Shown here: positions 25,001 to 37,660 of the stretch, one piece after another
How positions within the stretch are numbered: the stretch's first letter is position 1
How the letters are laid out: each line of letters starts with the position of its first letter
Assembly: GCF_021869535.1 (NCBI RefSeq)
Contig: NW_026262668.1
Span: 18,104,001 to 18,168,000 of the forward strand
From: Mytilus californianus
Taxonomy: Eukaryota
Length of the DNA stretch: 64,000 bases
Direction of reading: 5' to 3'
Notes under the pieces: generated by a model
Databases searched by the model: none
The model's input: the letters and a program-made list of their open reading frames with translations, nothing else
What the model was told of the DNA's origin: nothing
Program-made: the position numbers and the translations under genes

Positions 25001-28000
25001 TTTCCAGATATTATAAATATCTTGAGGTGCTTTAGGTGTTTTGTTAAATTTTATTGAATTCCTAATTTTCCTAATTTTTCATACAGTCCATTTAGAATAT
25101 ATGATAATTATGTTTAGAAAATTATCATATTTTAGTATTCCCGTGTTTTTACCTAACAGAATGTCCTTTTCAACAAGAGGATTATTTATTTCTATGTTTG
25201 ATTTGATAAGTATTTCTTGGAGATTTTTTAAAATTAACTGTGATGTACTACAACTGAAAAATAAGTGTTGCAGGGTTTCTATATTGTTGTCATTTTGACA
25301 AATGTGAGTTAAGCCATTCATTAATATATATTGAAAAGCAAAAATAATAGTTGATGAAAGATTTAAGCAAAAAATTACAGGTGAGCGATTCAGGTTCTTG
25401 AGAAGTTGAGAGCCTCTTGCTCTGATAGATGGACTTTGTTTTTTACAGTTAACATTTACTTTTTTTGACATGATAAATTTGTAAACCTTCATGGATTGTT
25501 ATGAAACTTGGACAGAAGCTAATATTCAAGACCAAGAAATAGCATCTAAAGTAAAAGTTAATTTTTTTTTTAATTCTGTATTTCACTGATAAATGGACTC
25601 ACTTTTTTAAATCAACATTATACTTTTACTCTTACAACAGCAGTTGCAGGAGAGGTTCAGGGTTCATCAGAACACCTTACGAATTTTTTAACAGGAATTT
25701 TGTTTGCACATAATTTATTAACATATAATGGACTACCAAAAGTCAGTTCTAGCAATGTAGACTCGTCTTCAAATCCTCTCATAAATGAGGCAAAGCAGTG
25801 TACTATTGTGGCAATTGTGTGAAATGTTTTGAGTAAAAGGACCAGTTACTGTCACTTCAGAATCTAACTACTAAATAGAAGTTTTTCGCTTAATCTGAAC
25901 TATAGTCATATTTTGATATTCAATGGTAGGAAGATAAAGTTGGATGTCAAATAAACCTAACATATAGTTCTTGCATCCAAATTTCTGGAGCTTTTCTTCC
26001 TATTACTAAATCTGAACTGATTAAGAATTTATTTTACTTGAAATCAACAGCTTACATTGTATCCAATAAGAGCAAAGAAGTTAATTTTCAAATTATTAAA
26101 ACTTTTTTAAATTGTCAGGAAAGAAATTTTTGTTCTAAAGCATGCTTTGATATTACTTTGTCTGAAAACGATAAGTTTTTTAAAATCGAGGACGTCATGT
26201 TCCCGCATGCCTATCTTCCAACAACGTGTTAAAAAAAATGAAAACTCATAATTTTTTTGTTTTAATCAGATCAAATAAAACAAAGCCTCTAAAAATCAAA
26301 TGAAAGTTATAGTGTGCAGATGATAGCAGTATGCCGTATTAACAAAAAGTGTCCATTATTGCATAAAATGCCAGGTGACGGTAACTGGTTACTGACAGTA
26401 ATTGGTCCTAGGTCAGTAGGTCAGTACAGTATGTGGACAAAATTAATTTTTTTTTCGTATTTCTGTGTATTTTATATAAATCAATAAATTTCAAAAAATT
26501 ATGTTGAGCTCATTTCATCTCCAATTTTCATGACTTTTCACTTATAATCTCAGAAATATTTGCTTAATATGTAAAATTATTTTTGAAATTTTAATTATAA
26601 TTTTCAAGGATTCATGTTTTAATTTAATTGCAGACTTAAGTTTTGAAGTCAAAATATTACTACATTTGTATATACATTTGCTCATATTAACATAAAATCA
26701 TATGAACAAAAAAATTGTCTCAAAGGGGCATTAGCTACAAGATATAAAAAAAAAATATTATATTCTTTTGTTCAATCATTAATGAAAGTGAAATAGTCAA
26801 ATAATAATTTGCTTTTAGCAGCCGGTTTTGTTTGATTTTGCCAAAAAAAAGCTATGAAACATTGCTGATAATTCGACCTCATTGAATCCGTATTCATGTG
26901 ACCTCCAATTTAACCTCAGGCCCTCTTAGCTAGAGATGGGTTACGCATAAACTAGGCGTTTTCAGTGATTTAAAGGAATAGAATTTAACATTGAAAGGGG
27001 AACAAGGGTAAACTATTTGGTTGACTGATTCGATCCACAAAAACTTGCACATGTTCATTATCTATTTATATCTATATTTGTGTTTATATCGGGTTATATG
27101 ATCGTTGGCAGTCTTCGAAGGTCACATCGATGGTTAATTAGATGGTGTCTAGACTAAAATACAAATGAAATGCTGATACATATTATCAAGTCCATACATC
27201 GTAAATTGTTCATATACTATTTATAATTTGGATATACGTTTTAGAATGTTATCAATAAAATATGAGAGTTTGAGTCAAATCAGTGAACATGAATTTGACA
27301 GCTAATGCCCCTTTAATAATGCATACATAAAACAAAAAGCAATGTGGGATGAGAAATCACACTGATCAGTTTTGACAAAAACAAAGGAAATATGCAAATA
27401 TAAAAGAATGAATATAGTAACTTGTGATGTCAAAAAAATAATGCTCATGTTTAACTTATGAAATCTAAAAAACTAAGGTTTAAACAAAACTATGAAAATT
27501 TAATTGAGAAAAACTGCAAACATTTTTGAGTTTAATGATGAAAATTTCAGGAAAATGGTTATGAAAAGGGTTCAAAATTTACAAATTTGTATAGAATAAA
27601 AGATAGAATTGACTTTGTTCACGTATTGCAGTTCTCAAAATGTCCAGGATTCCATATTTTCAACAAAATGTGTTTGTTTGATTGAATATATTTTACATTG
27701 CACCACATTTTGTTTTTACAGAATCCATTATTAGATGGAGGAGACTTGAGTACAATGATAGCAACAGACCCGACCAGTATGTCGTATGACGAACATGGAA
27801 AACCAATGTATAAAAACAGACGAACGGTAAGTAATATATCTATTGAGTACAATGATAGCAACAGACCTGACCAGTATGTCGTATGACGAAAATGGAAAAC
27901 CAATGTATAAAAACTGACGAATGGTAAGTAATATATCTATTGAGTACAATGATAGCAACAGACCTGACCAGTATGTCGTATGACGAACATGGAAAACCAA

Positions 28001-31000
28001 TGTATAAAAACAGATGAATGGTAAGTAATATATCTATTGAGTACAGTGATAGCAACAGACCTGAACAGTATGTCGTATGACAAACAGGAAAAACCAATGT
28101 ATAAAAACAGACAAACGGTAAGTAATATATCTATTGAGTACAATGATAGCAACAGACCTGACCAGTATGTCGTACGACGAACATGGAAAACCAATGTATA
28201 AAAACAGACGAATGGTAAGTAATATATCTATTGAGTACAATGATAGCAACAGACTGGACTAGTATGTCGTATGACAAACACAGAAAACCAATGTATAAAA
28301 ACAGACGAACGGTAAGTAATATATTGAGTACAATGATAGCAACAGATCCGACCAGTATGTCGCATGATGAACATGGAAAACCAATGTATAAAAACAGAAA
28401 AACGGTAAGTAATATATCTATTGAGTACAATGATAGCAGCCGATCCGACCAGTATGTCGTATGACAAACATAGAAAACTAATGTATAAACACAGTAGAAT
28501 GGTAAGTAATATATCTATTGAGTACAATGATAGCAACAGATCCGACCAGTATGTGGTATGACGAACATAGAAAACTAATGTATAAACACAGTAGAAGGGT
28601 AAGTAATATATCTATTGAGTACAATGATTGCATCAGATCTTACCAGTATGTCGTATGACAAACACAGAAAACCAATGTATAAAAACAGACGAACGGTAAG
28701 TAATATATTGAGTACAATGATAGCAACAGATCCGACCAGTTTGTCGCATGATGAACATGGAAAACCAATGTATAAAAACAGAAAAACGGTAAGTAATATA
28801 TCTATTGAGTACAATGATAGCAGCCGATCCGACCAGTATGTCGTATGATGAACATAGAAAACTAATGTATAAACACAGTAGAATGGTAAGTAATATATCT
28901 ATTGAGTACAATGAAAGCAACAGATCCGACCAGTATGTGGTATGACGAACATAGAAAACTAATGTATAAACACAGTAGAAGGGTAAGTAATATATCTATT
29001 GAGTACAATGATTGCATCAGATCTTACCAGTATGTCGTATGACAAACACAGAAAACCAATGTATAAAAACAGACGAACGGTAAGTAATATATTGAGTACA
29101 ATGATAGCAACAGATCCGACCAGTTTGTCGCATGATGAACATGGAAAACCAATGTATAAAAACAGAAGAACGGTAAGTCATATATCTATTGCCCTTATGT
29201 CTGTTAATTTCATATTTAATTTTTGGTGAAAATGACATATTGCTGGACTCACCTGAAAGAAAACTCTGAACCCTGAGTATCAGCAATTTTGACTTGATGA
29301 TTTCTGTAGGTGCTGTGTTTTATTGTAAGTGAGATTATTTGTATTTTCTAGATGAGTAGTGCTGACAGAGCTTTGATAAATGCCTTCAGGGAAATAGGAA
29401 ACATGGGAGACAGACTTAATCTTCCTAAAATGATAGCAGTAAGTTTAAAAGGACATAAATCTTATTCTTTTAAGATTTTATGCGTATAGATTGAGGTTTG
29501 ATCAACATTACTTGTAAATTATCATCCTTCCTATAAGAAATTGTTTAAAAGTCAGGGTACAGCTATTGAGAAGTAGAATTTGAAATGATAACTTATAAAC
29601 AGTATGGAAATAAGAAATATGTAAATAATGGTAAACATGTTTCAGACTTTATGGTAACAAAATTAAAGTTTTCATGTAACATAAAATTATTAGAAGATAT
29701 GGCATGATTGCCAATGAGACAACTCTCCACCAGAGATCAAATGATGTGGTAAAGAAGTTAGCAACTATAGGTCACCATACAGCCTTCAACAATGAGCAAA
29801 AGCCATACCACACAGTAAGCTATAAAAGGCCCTGAAATGAAAAATGTAAAACAATTTAAATAATGAACAAAAACATAAGGCAATTTAAGCTTACTATCAA
29901 CCAGTTTTTGTCTCGCCTTGACGGAGTCAAAAAGCGAGACATAGGTATGCTGTTTCCGGCGTCGGCGTCAACAATGTATTAGTTTGTGATTAGGTCAAGT
30001 TTAAGGTGAACCACTAGTGGATGGTCAATGATATTTGTTATGCAGTTGTATTAGCACTGGCACATCTCATTTCCGTGGAGATTATTTGGCCCTGCCCCTC
30101 AGTCATGGTCTATTGACTTTGAAACTTTTGCTTAGTTTACATGTCTTAGTTTGTGATTAGGTCAGTTTATGGGGAACCACTAGTGGTAAGTCAATGATAT
30201 TTGGTATGCAGTTGTAAAAGCATTGACATATCTCATTTCCATGGAGATTATTTGGCTCCACCCCCTCAGTCATGGTCTATTGACTTTAAAACTTTTGCTT
30301 AGTTTACATGTATTAGTTTGTGATTAGGTCAGTTCAAGGGGAACCACAAGTGGTAAGTAAATGATATTTGGTATGCAGTTGTACAAGCATTGACATATCT
30401 CATTTCACTGGAGAATATTTGGTCCCACCCCCTCAGTCATGGTCTATTGACTTTGAAACTTTTGCTTATATTTCATGTATTAGTTTGTGATTAGGTCAGT
30501 TCAGGGGGAACCATTAGTGGTAGGCCAATGTTAATTGGTATGCAATTGTAAAGCATTAACACATCTCATTTCCATGGAGAATATTTGAACCCGCCCCCTC
30601 AGTCATGGTCTGTTGACTTTGAAACTTTTGCTTAGTTTACATGTATTAGTTTGTGATTAGATCAGTTTAAGATGAACCGCTAATGTCAATGATATCTGGT
30701 ATGCAAATTTATTGGCATTTGCAAGTCTCGTTTCCATGGAGATTATATAGCCCCACCCCCTCATCATGGTTCATTGACTTTGAAATTTTTACATAGTTTA
30801 CAAGTCAATGTTTGTGTTTAGGTTTGTTGAAAGGGATTGACTTATGATAAGTCTATGGTATTTGGTATGCAGTTGTATTAGCATTGGCACATCTCATTTC
30901 CATGGAGATTGTTTTGCCATGTACCTTCAGTCATGGTTCATTGACTTAGAATATTTGCATAACTTACATGTTAAAGTATTGCTTTTTTGATTTCAACATT

Positions 31001-34000
31001 TGCATTAACAAAAGTACAAAAAGGCGAGACATATCTCTGTGTTAACAGTTTATTGTTTGAAATAACAGGCGTGATGACTAGATCATTTTAAATATTAGTG
31101 AAAGATTCCCTAAAGGGTCTTTATCTCCCATAATCCTTAAAAGGATTTTAATTAATTTATGAATATCATATAGATGGGGGCAATTTTGAGATTAAGAAAA
31201 TATTCAAGTATTTTGCAGTTGATCATGTGGAAAAAACCTTAGAAACTCTTTTTAGAAAAAAAAGATATGGGAAGGGGTTTCCTATCCATATAGCTGGTAC
31301 ATTTATTCAATAAAGTTGCTGGAGCGATTTATAAACAAGACACCTTAAAGGTTGTTCTTTGTTAATACAGCTGTTTCTTAAACCACGCCTCTTTTGGGGA
31401 GATATATAATATTCATAGGTATTTCGTTTTGTTTACGTACTGGTTCCCAGATATGATCTCTATGTTTCATCTCATAGAGACATTACTTGGGAATGTTACC
31501 AGTATAAAAGCATATTGTTGCGGTGAAAATTGAATTCTGAAGTAGACACAAAGTGAAGGTAGGGGTAGTACAGAATTTTAGTATACATTTAAACTCTAAC
31601 AAGTTCGGGGCATAATAATGTTGAAAATATGCCGCACAGCCCTATGTCTTGACCTTTGAATAAAATAGTAGTGCATATCAACTTTTCATTCTAGGATATA
31701 ATTTTTTACGAAACTTCATAGTAAAAGTGGCAGAGTTTTAGCCGCAAAGGGAGTTCCTATGGGAAATTGCATTGTCCTTATTAACAGAAATGCAACCCTT
31801 TAAGGATTGTTATGGCTCAATTTTAGTTTCACTATGATAAAAAGGATGAATGAGGCAAAGTAATGAGTAAAACTCACATAGGCATGTTTGGTCAGGTAAG
31901 TTTTCACCATGTCATAGTGGTAGAAATTATTGTTTTCATCCAAATTTAACTGCACATAAAAAATTATTACTAATTTGATTTAAAGTATAATTAAATGTTT
32001 GTTTTGTAGGATAGAGCTAACAATTTATTTAAACAAGTAAATGATGGAAAAGCTCTGAAAGGCCGAAGTAATGATGCAATAGCAGCTGCTTGTATGTATA
32101 TAGCTTGTAGACAAGAAGGTGTTCCTAGGACATTCAAAGGTAAATATTGTGTATGTTCATTGCTTGTCAACGAGAAAGTGTTCTTTGGACATTCATAGTT
32201 AGATAGCCTGTATGTACATAGCTTGTCAACAAGAAAGTGTTCTTGGGACATTCATAGGTAATAGCAACAAAATATTTGTTCATAGCAAATTTTACAATCA
32301 TTCACTTACATGTAGTTGATAAGAATAATGATTTCTTCAACTATCTAATTTCAGATTACTGTAGAAACATTAATTTTCGTGGGGTTAAAATTTCGTGGTT
32401 TTGTCTCTATATAAAATTTCATGGGGATTTAATTTCGTGGTTTCCATTAAATGGAAGTGATATTTTATGAAGGTGAAATTTTCGTGGGGGTTTTAATTTC
32501 GTGGATATATTCTTTCCACGAAATAAAAAAAATTAAGTCCTCCACGAAAATTTCTGCTTTTACAGTATTTCTTTTTAAAAATTTAAACCACACCAAATAA
32601 TGTTAACTTTCAACCTAAAACAAGATAAATCATCATATAAGATTCTTTATTTAACACTTAGGTACTTTGCTCTTTGAAAAGCATTATCAATGCAGTGTTC
32701 AATATTTTTCCTTACACATGTTGGTGCATGAACTTGCTTCTTTTGCTTTAGGATACAATTATGCAACAGAATACTTTAAAGCTGTTGTGAATTGAATTTT
32801 TACTGAAATATATAACGGTTTTATTTTATTTACAATTTGCAGAAATATGTGCTGTGTCCAAAATATCTAAGAAAGAGATTGGTAGAGTGTTTAAACTGAT
32901 CCTGAAGAATCTAGAGACAAATGTAGAGCTGATTACTACAGGAGATTTTATGGTAAGATTTGATCAGATCTTAAATGGTTGCTTTTGTATGAAATAAGAA
33001 GGATTGTAGATGTCTCATGTTTACGGTTGTGCAGCATAACTTATATTCTTGTGACAAGTCACTGTGTTAGCCATGTTCAGCAATGTTCTTGTTTTTTTTT
33101 TGGCATTCACAGTACAAAGTGTAGTGTGGTGAATTCTTTTTTAGGTCATATTCATGCCAAGCAAAAACAGATGCTCAATTTACAAAATGATGTGTATGTG
33201 TATTACCATTTTATAAAAAAAAAACAGATGTGAATGGTGCATGAATCTACCTGTTCTGTTATGGACAAATATTAAAAAAATTGTCATGTTTGATTAATTT
33301 TAAATATTCTAATACAATGCAATGTTTAATTTTAAGTTCACAATGCACAATAAAATCAATTTTTATCCTGTTAGTGCTTGCACTTTGATTTCTTTTCATG
33401 AAGTATTTAAGTATATGAAATTCATTGTACCGGGTAAGTAACTGAACTAAGCATTTAATATTGTTTCTGATTCAGAAAAGATATATTGCTTATCAATGTT
33501 AAAAGCAAGCAATGTTTTATTTATTTCAGTCCCGATTCTGTTCCAATTTGGGTCTACCAACATCAGTACAGAAAGCAGCCACACATATAGCTAGGAAAGC
33601 TGTAGAAATGGATCTAGTCGCAGGGTAGGTAGAATTATTCAACATAAAATTACAAACTATAGCTAGGTATGCTTTTGAATTGGATCTAGTTGCAGGTTAA
33701 TCTTATTTTCATGCATTTTGTTTTAAGTATAGCGAGAAAATATTGTATTGACGGGTACAGGTCGTATGAATATCTAATAGGGTCACCTATAGTAACTAAT
33801 GGATGTACTTTCTAGTAATAAAGCATAGGGTAACTTTTTAGCTGTGCTGCAACAATTTAACACTCAATTTATATTTTGAATGTTTATAAGATACTATAAT
33901 TTATGATTAAATTTTGATTTGCCAATACACACATTTTTAGGTGTAGGTATGAGCACCTGACCCTGGAGACTGAATTGCGCACATGGCAACGATTGACACA

Positions 34001-36581
34001 GGTTTCTAGATCTTTTTGATCGATTATATCGTTTTTATCTCTAGTTGATCCTGGCCGGCAATGACCGTCTATGAAGGGGTGTATTTAGTCAAAGTTGGTT
34101 TGGTTTGTTGTATTTATGATTATTTATACATAGGAATTTTAATGATTTTGAATTATGTATGCATTGCAATGATAATATTTGTGAATATTTATATAAAACA
34201 ATCTGGGGTCCATTGAGCATGATGGGTTGTCAGCAAACTTAGATTATGTTTGCATTATTTATATTTGGCACGAGTATGTAGCTAAAACAATGTACATAGA
34301 ATTAGACAATATAGAAATAACCAGGACAGCTTTTAACCTTCCTTGTTTTACTGAGTAACACAGATCCTATTTAACTCTCAGTCAAATTATTGCATCGACA
34401 TATTGCCTTTTTAAATTAGTTTAAAATTATTATTTATGCATACAGAACAGATCAGATATTTAAGGTGTTACCACTACAAAATTATGACAATTATAGCTTT
34501 TTTTTTTACATTTTCCAGTGCAGAACAGACATCAAAATTGTTTTAAATGAGTTTTCATTTTACAAATTTTGAATACCAGAGTATGGGTCAGAAGCTAGGA
34601 ACATGTTTCAGATTATCTCCCCTCAATTAATATGTTATGTTGACATGCACTTAGATTGAATTATAATCTGTTCACAGAATACCTGCAATAATTTTTGCTT
34701 TAGGTGAACTGGAACACTGGCATATAGTTCTATGGAGAAATTAACATTCAATGGCAAGTTAATCACAATATCTGTTATTATATCATATTAAATGACTTTG
34801 GACTTAATGATACTCATAGCTGTTGGTATAATGATGATGTACATATTGCTGATTTTGTTTTGTAGGAGGAGTCCTATCTCTGTTGCTGCATCAGCTATTT
34901 ATATGGCTTCTCAGGCCTCAGCAGACAAAAAGAACCAAAAAGGTAACGAGAGTGATTGTTTTTTTAATTGCATCTAGTCATATTTGAAATAGGTATACTT
35001 TATATTGCACTTTTACCTAAATATTCAATTTTAATTATATCCTAATTGCAAAGGAAAATATATGGTAAGGCTACGTTTTTGCTCCTTGAACTTTAAAATC
35101 AAAAAGTATAAATCTACTAAATAACATCCTTCAGATGTTCATAAGACATTAGTCTGTCCAGATCTCAGTATTCGTATTTTTGAATTTTGTCTTACATATT
35201 TGCATTAGAACTTCAGCCTTCTTGCATTTATTGCAAAACTGAAATTACTGCCAAAATAGCCTCATTTTGGGCTCTTGTCATTATTATATAGATATAAACA
35301 AGAGCTTTACCTAAAGCCCATCAAGAGGAGACATATCTTGATTTGATAAGCAAAGTTATCTCCCATTTTATTTTGAAAGTTCTTTCTCCTTCCAAAGGAG
35401 GAAGTTTTGGTTAAATATTATACATTTATTTCCCTTGCCATTGGGAGATATGAAGATTTGTTCACCCAAGAAAATTCATATTTCACGAGTGCATTGCCAG
35501 AGGGAAATATGACTTTTCTAACCATTTGATTATACATTCTACTTAAAAAGAAACAGCTACCGGTAGAGGAATGCATGAAGAGATACGATCCTACATTGCC
35601 CTAAAATTAATGAATAAATAACACTATCTCTGAATTTGTAATTTTAGTAATGAAAAGGAAAAACATATTGGTTAACCTGTGTCTTGCAAGGAATTGAAAT
35701 CACTACATGAACAAAGTTTACAATAAATTCTACAGAAAGTTTCTGATATTACAATGAAGGTTGCAGTGTGAATAAGCTGAATTATCAAAATACTCATAGA
35801 AAATTTCTTAATTATGCCCCCACCGTAGCGAGGGGGCATTAAGTTTTACCCTTGTCCGTCTGTATGTACGTACATACATGTATGTACGTCCCAAAATTGG
35901 TTTCCATTCTCTAACTTAAGTTTGCCTCAACTAAATGTTATGAAACTTATAAACAATGCTTATTACTACAAAACTCAGATCAAGTACAAATTTGGGTAGC
36001 ATCACTTTTACAGTTCTTGAGTTATGTTCCTTTATAAAGTTATATGCAAGCGGGGGCATCATCTGTGTCCCATGGACACATTCCCCATTTATTGATCTAA
36101 ATGTTTTTATGCTAATCAATAAGACAACTATCCATAAAGTCTTATTGGCAAGTGTAGTACAACATTCTCATTTATTTATTTGATGTTGCAGGATAATTTA
36201 AATTAAATGTGGTCTCAGTCATGAAACCACCCCATGGTCATATCCTTATTTAACCTGGTCGTTCTAGTCAAGGATTTAAGGCGTATCTTAATCCAACTGG
36301 GAACTAGTTTATTCAAGCTCTGACACTTACATGCTTTAAATTGATTTTTATTTTTTTTTTCAATATGCTTCCATGAAGGTATTGTTGTTGACTTTCAAAA
36401 TTAGTGCCAGAATTAAAACAACAACTAATTGGTGATTTATATTACAGAGATTGGTGACATTGCTGGTGTAGCAGAGGTAACAATCAGACAGGCCTACAAA
36501 CAGATGTATCCCAGAGCACATGACTTATTCCCTGCCGACTATAAGTTCCACACACCAGTAGAACAGTTACCAACACAGTGA
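16030..36581 (+). CDS. GTF2B: Transcription initiation factor IIB, 10 coding exons, 318 aa
   Basis: join(16030..16049,19232..19342,19824..19911,27722..27826,29352..29438,32010..32139,32843..32952,33530..33624,34866..34942,36448..36581) = 957 nt, all introns GT-AG and phase-consistent. Translation MASTSR...CPEHP...[22 protein letters not shown]...[27 protein letters not shown]...GRSPISVAA...[15 protein letters not shown] matches the animal TFIIB Zn ribbon, B-reader and two cyclin folds. Confidence 0.97.
19232..19342 (+). CDS. GTF2B: TFIIB exon 2 (Zn ribbon)
   Basis: [37 protein letters not shown]; TTTTTCAG acceptor, GTAAAG donor. Confidence 0.95.
19824..19911 (+). CDS. GTF2B: TFIIB exon 3 (B-reader)
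   Basis: [29 protein letters not shown]; CAG acceptor, GTAAG donor. Confidence 0.95.
20020..20642. repeat. 49-bp minisatellite, about 12-13 copies, in TFIIB intron 3
   Basis: CAATAAACCC recurs at 20031, 20080, 20129 and onward. Confidence 0.9.
20643..24510 (+). repeat. ~500-bp-unit dispersed/tandem repeat (20643-21255 and 24336-24510) interrupted by a LINE
   Basis: Unit 2 breaks at GAAACTGCTGA (21255) and resumes at ATCAATTTCAGCC (24336); another copy lies at 40410-40975. Confidence 0.7.
21256..24335 (+). mobile_element. 5'-truncated CR1/L2-group LINE (APE endonuclease + RT), near-intact ORF2
   Basis: APE motifs (GLCETFL, YRPP, GDFN, LIDH, SDH) and RT motifs ([22 protein letters not shown]). 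One frameshift at ~22190 and one TAA at 23873-75, after which the frame continues to TGA at 24053-55. 3' UTR hairpin GAGGG-CTCAG...CTGAG-CCCTC and a (TTA)n tail. Confidence 0.93.
24780..25330 (-). pseudogene. L1/Tx1-type LINE C-terminal zinc-knuckle fragment
   Basis: Minus-strand translation contains [18 protein letters not shown]...ILLG, typical of L1/Tx1 ORF2 C-termini. Confidence 0.6.
26724..27312. mobile_element. TTAA-flanked MITE (Kolobok-like)
   Basis: TIRs AGGGGCATTAGCT / AGCTAATGCCCCT; flanks TCAA (left) and TTAA (right). Confidence 0.7.
27722..27826 (+). CDS. GTF2B: TFIIB exon 4 (B-reader/linker)
   Basis: [35 protein letters not shown]; TTTTTACAG acceptor, GTAAGT donor at 27827. 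Confidence 0.95.
27746..29191 (+). repeat. 15-copy tandem array (97/93-bp units) made of the TFIIB exon 4 3' end plus its 5' splice site
   Basis: Unit starts at 27746, 27843, 27940, 28037, 28134, 28231, 28324, 28421, 28518, 28615, 28708, 28805, 28902, 28999 and 29092. Confidence 0.97.
29352..29438 (+). CDS. GTF2B: TFIIB exon 5
   Basis: [29 protein letters not shown]; TTTTCTAG acceptor, GTAAGT donor. Confidence 0.95.
29905..31054 (+). mobile_element. Helentron-type non-autonomous element (family B) with about six 167-bp internal repeats
   Basis: 5' TTTTTGTCTCGCCTT with adjacent inverted AAGCGAGACA; 3' sub-TIR AAGGCGAGACA plus a short hairpin; unit marker at 29980, 30147, 30314, 30481 and 30647. 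Confidence 0.8.
32010..32139 (+). CDS. GTF2B: TFIIB exon 6
   Basis: [43 protein letters not shown]; phase 1 donor at 32140. Confidence 0.95.
32091..32265 (+). repeat. Three 59-bp copies of the exon 6 3' end and donor
   Basis: TGTATGT..ATxGCTTGT..ACxAGAAxGTGTTC...GGACATTCAxAG starts at 32091, 32150 and 32209. Confidence 0.85.
32359..32565. mobile_element. MITE, TA|CTGTA...TACAG|TA (Tc1/mariner-type target)
   Basis: Inverted termini, TA flanks, internal TTTCGTGG/CCACGAAA sub-repeats. Confidence 0.75.
32843..32952 (+). CDS. GTF2B: TFIIB exon 7
   Basis: [37 protein letters not shown]. Confidence 0.95.
33530..33624 (+). CDS. GTF2B: TFIIB exon 8
   Basis: [32 protein letters not shown]; phase 2. 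Confidence 0.95.
33586..33700 (+). repeat. Diverged duplicate (72-bp offset) of the exon 8 3' end
   Basis: TATAGCTAGGAAAGCTGTAGAAATGGATCTAGTCGCAGG (33586) versus TATAGCTAGGTATGCTTTTGAATTGGATCTAGTTGCAGG (33658). Confidence 0.8.
34866..34942 (+). CDS. GTF2B: TFIIB exon 9
   Basis: [25 protein letters not shown]. Confidence 0.95.
35812..36093 (+). mobile_element. Helentron-type non-autonomous element, family A (one core unit)
   Basis: TTATGCCCCC...GGGGGCATT 5' hairpin, GTCC/GTAC microsatellite, 3' GGGGGCATCA plus TGTGTCCCATGGACACA. Confidence 0.8.
36448..36581 (+). CDS. GTF2B: TFIIB exon 10 (last coding exon)
   Basis: [44 protein letters not shown]; TGA at 36579-81. Confidence 0.95.
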
Positions 36582-37660
36582 GCCAACCCTAGCCTGAATG
36601 ATGTGGATAGATTTGACTTCCTGCAGGAACCAGATAGTTGTCTGGTGTGTAACAGGAAGATTTTTTTACATCTATCTGTGATAGTTGTAACAGAGCAAAC
36701 ATTTAAAACAAATATAGAACTCTGTCAATCAGAGAATTTTTTTTAATCATTATGATTGATTCTGTTACACTATTAGCATACAGAAAATCAGTCATTTTTA
36801 GCGTAATATGTGTTGTTTAGTATCTGAAGATATGACTGCATTGCTCTCAGTTTTGATGATGTCATCCTGACAGTGAAACAAAGTATTAATGATAAAATGT
36901 ATGTTATAACTTTATGGCAATTCAAATACAACCTGAATGAAATATTTTTAATGATATGCTTCATAAAAGGCATTCAATATTTTGTCATCACTTGATATCG
37001 TTAATCATTTTACATCCATAACATAATGTGGGCTCGTGTACTAGTCAATTATGTAATTAATCGATTCTCAAGATCAATTTATTTACATAAATATAAATCT
37101 TCTCATATAAAAATAAATCAACAAAGCAAGAATAAATTGCCACAATGTCAGCAAACTGAAATAAGTGTGAAAAAATAATTAGGTTACAGTCATACATTTA
37201 TTGAAATGGGACACATTGGAAAAATATGGTTGTCTACACTTGAATGAAGGTAGACTGGAATGAAAATGAAAAATAAAATGAAGTAGACTAATTTACTTTA
37301 TATTATTGAGTTTTATTATGTTCTATTATTAGTAGTATATAATGTGTTGTGATAATTGTAGTATGGTTAAACAAATGTCTATATACATATGTATGTCTTA
37401 ATATATGTCTGTTAGATTCTGTCAACACACAAATGTTTTAAGCATTACTCAGTTGCAGTTTATAAAATGCATTAAATTCTGCAAATATATTTATTCTGAT
37501 TTCACACTAAACAGAAAATTTTGAGAGAAAACTTGTTATATGTTACAAATGTAATGTTTTGTAGACTGTTCTTAGTCTTTTTCTCGTCTTGTGTCATGAT
37601 TTTATCGATTTCTCTTCGACTTATGAGTTTTGATTCTCTCTTTGGTATCTTCTGACGTTT

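Noticed and set aside
27619-29286. Many minus-strand ORFs and a CRISPR-like regular array
   Set aside because: Antisense readings of the exon-derived tandem array. There are no unique spacers and the context is eukaryotic, so it is not CRISPR.
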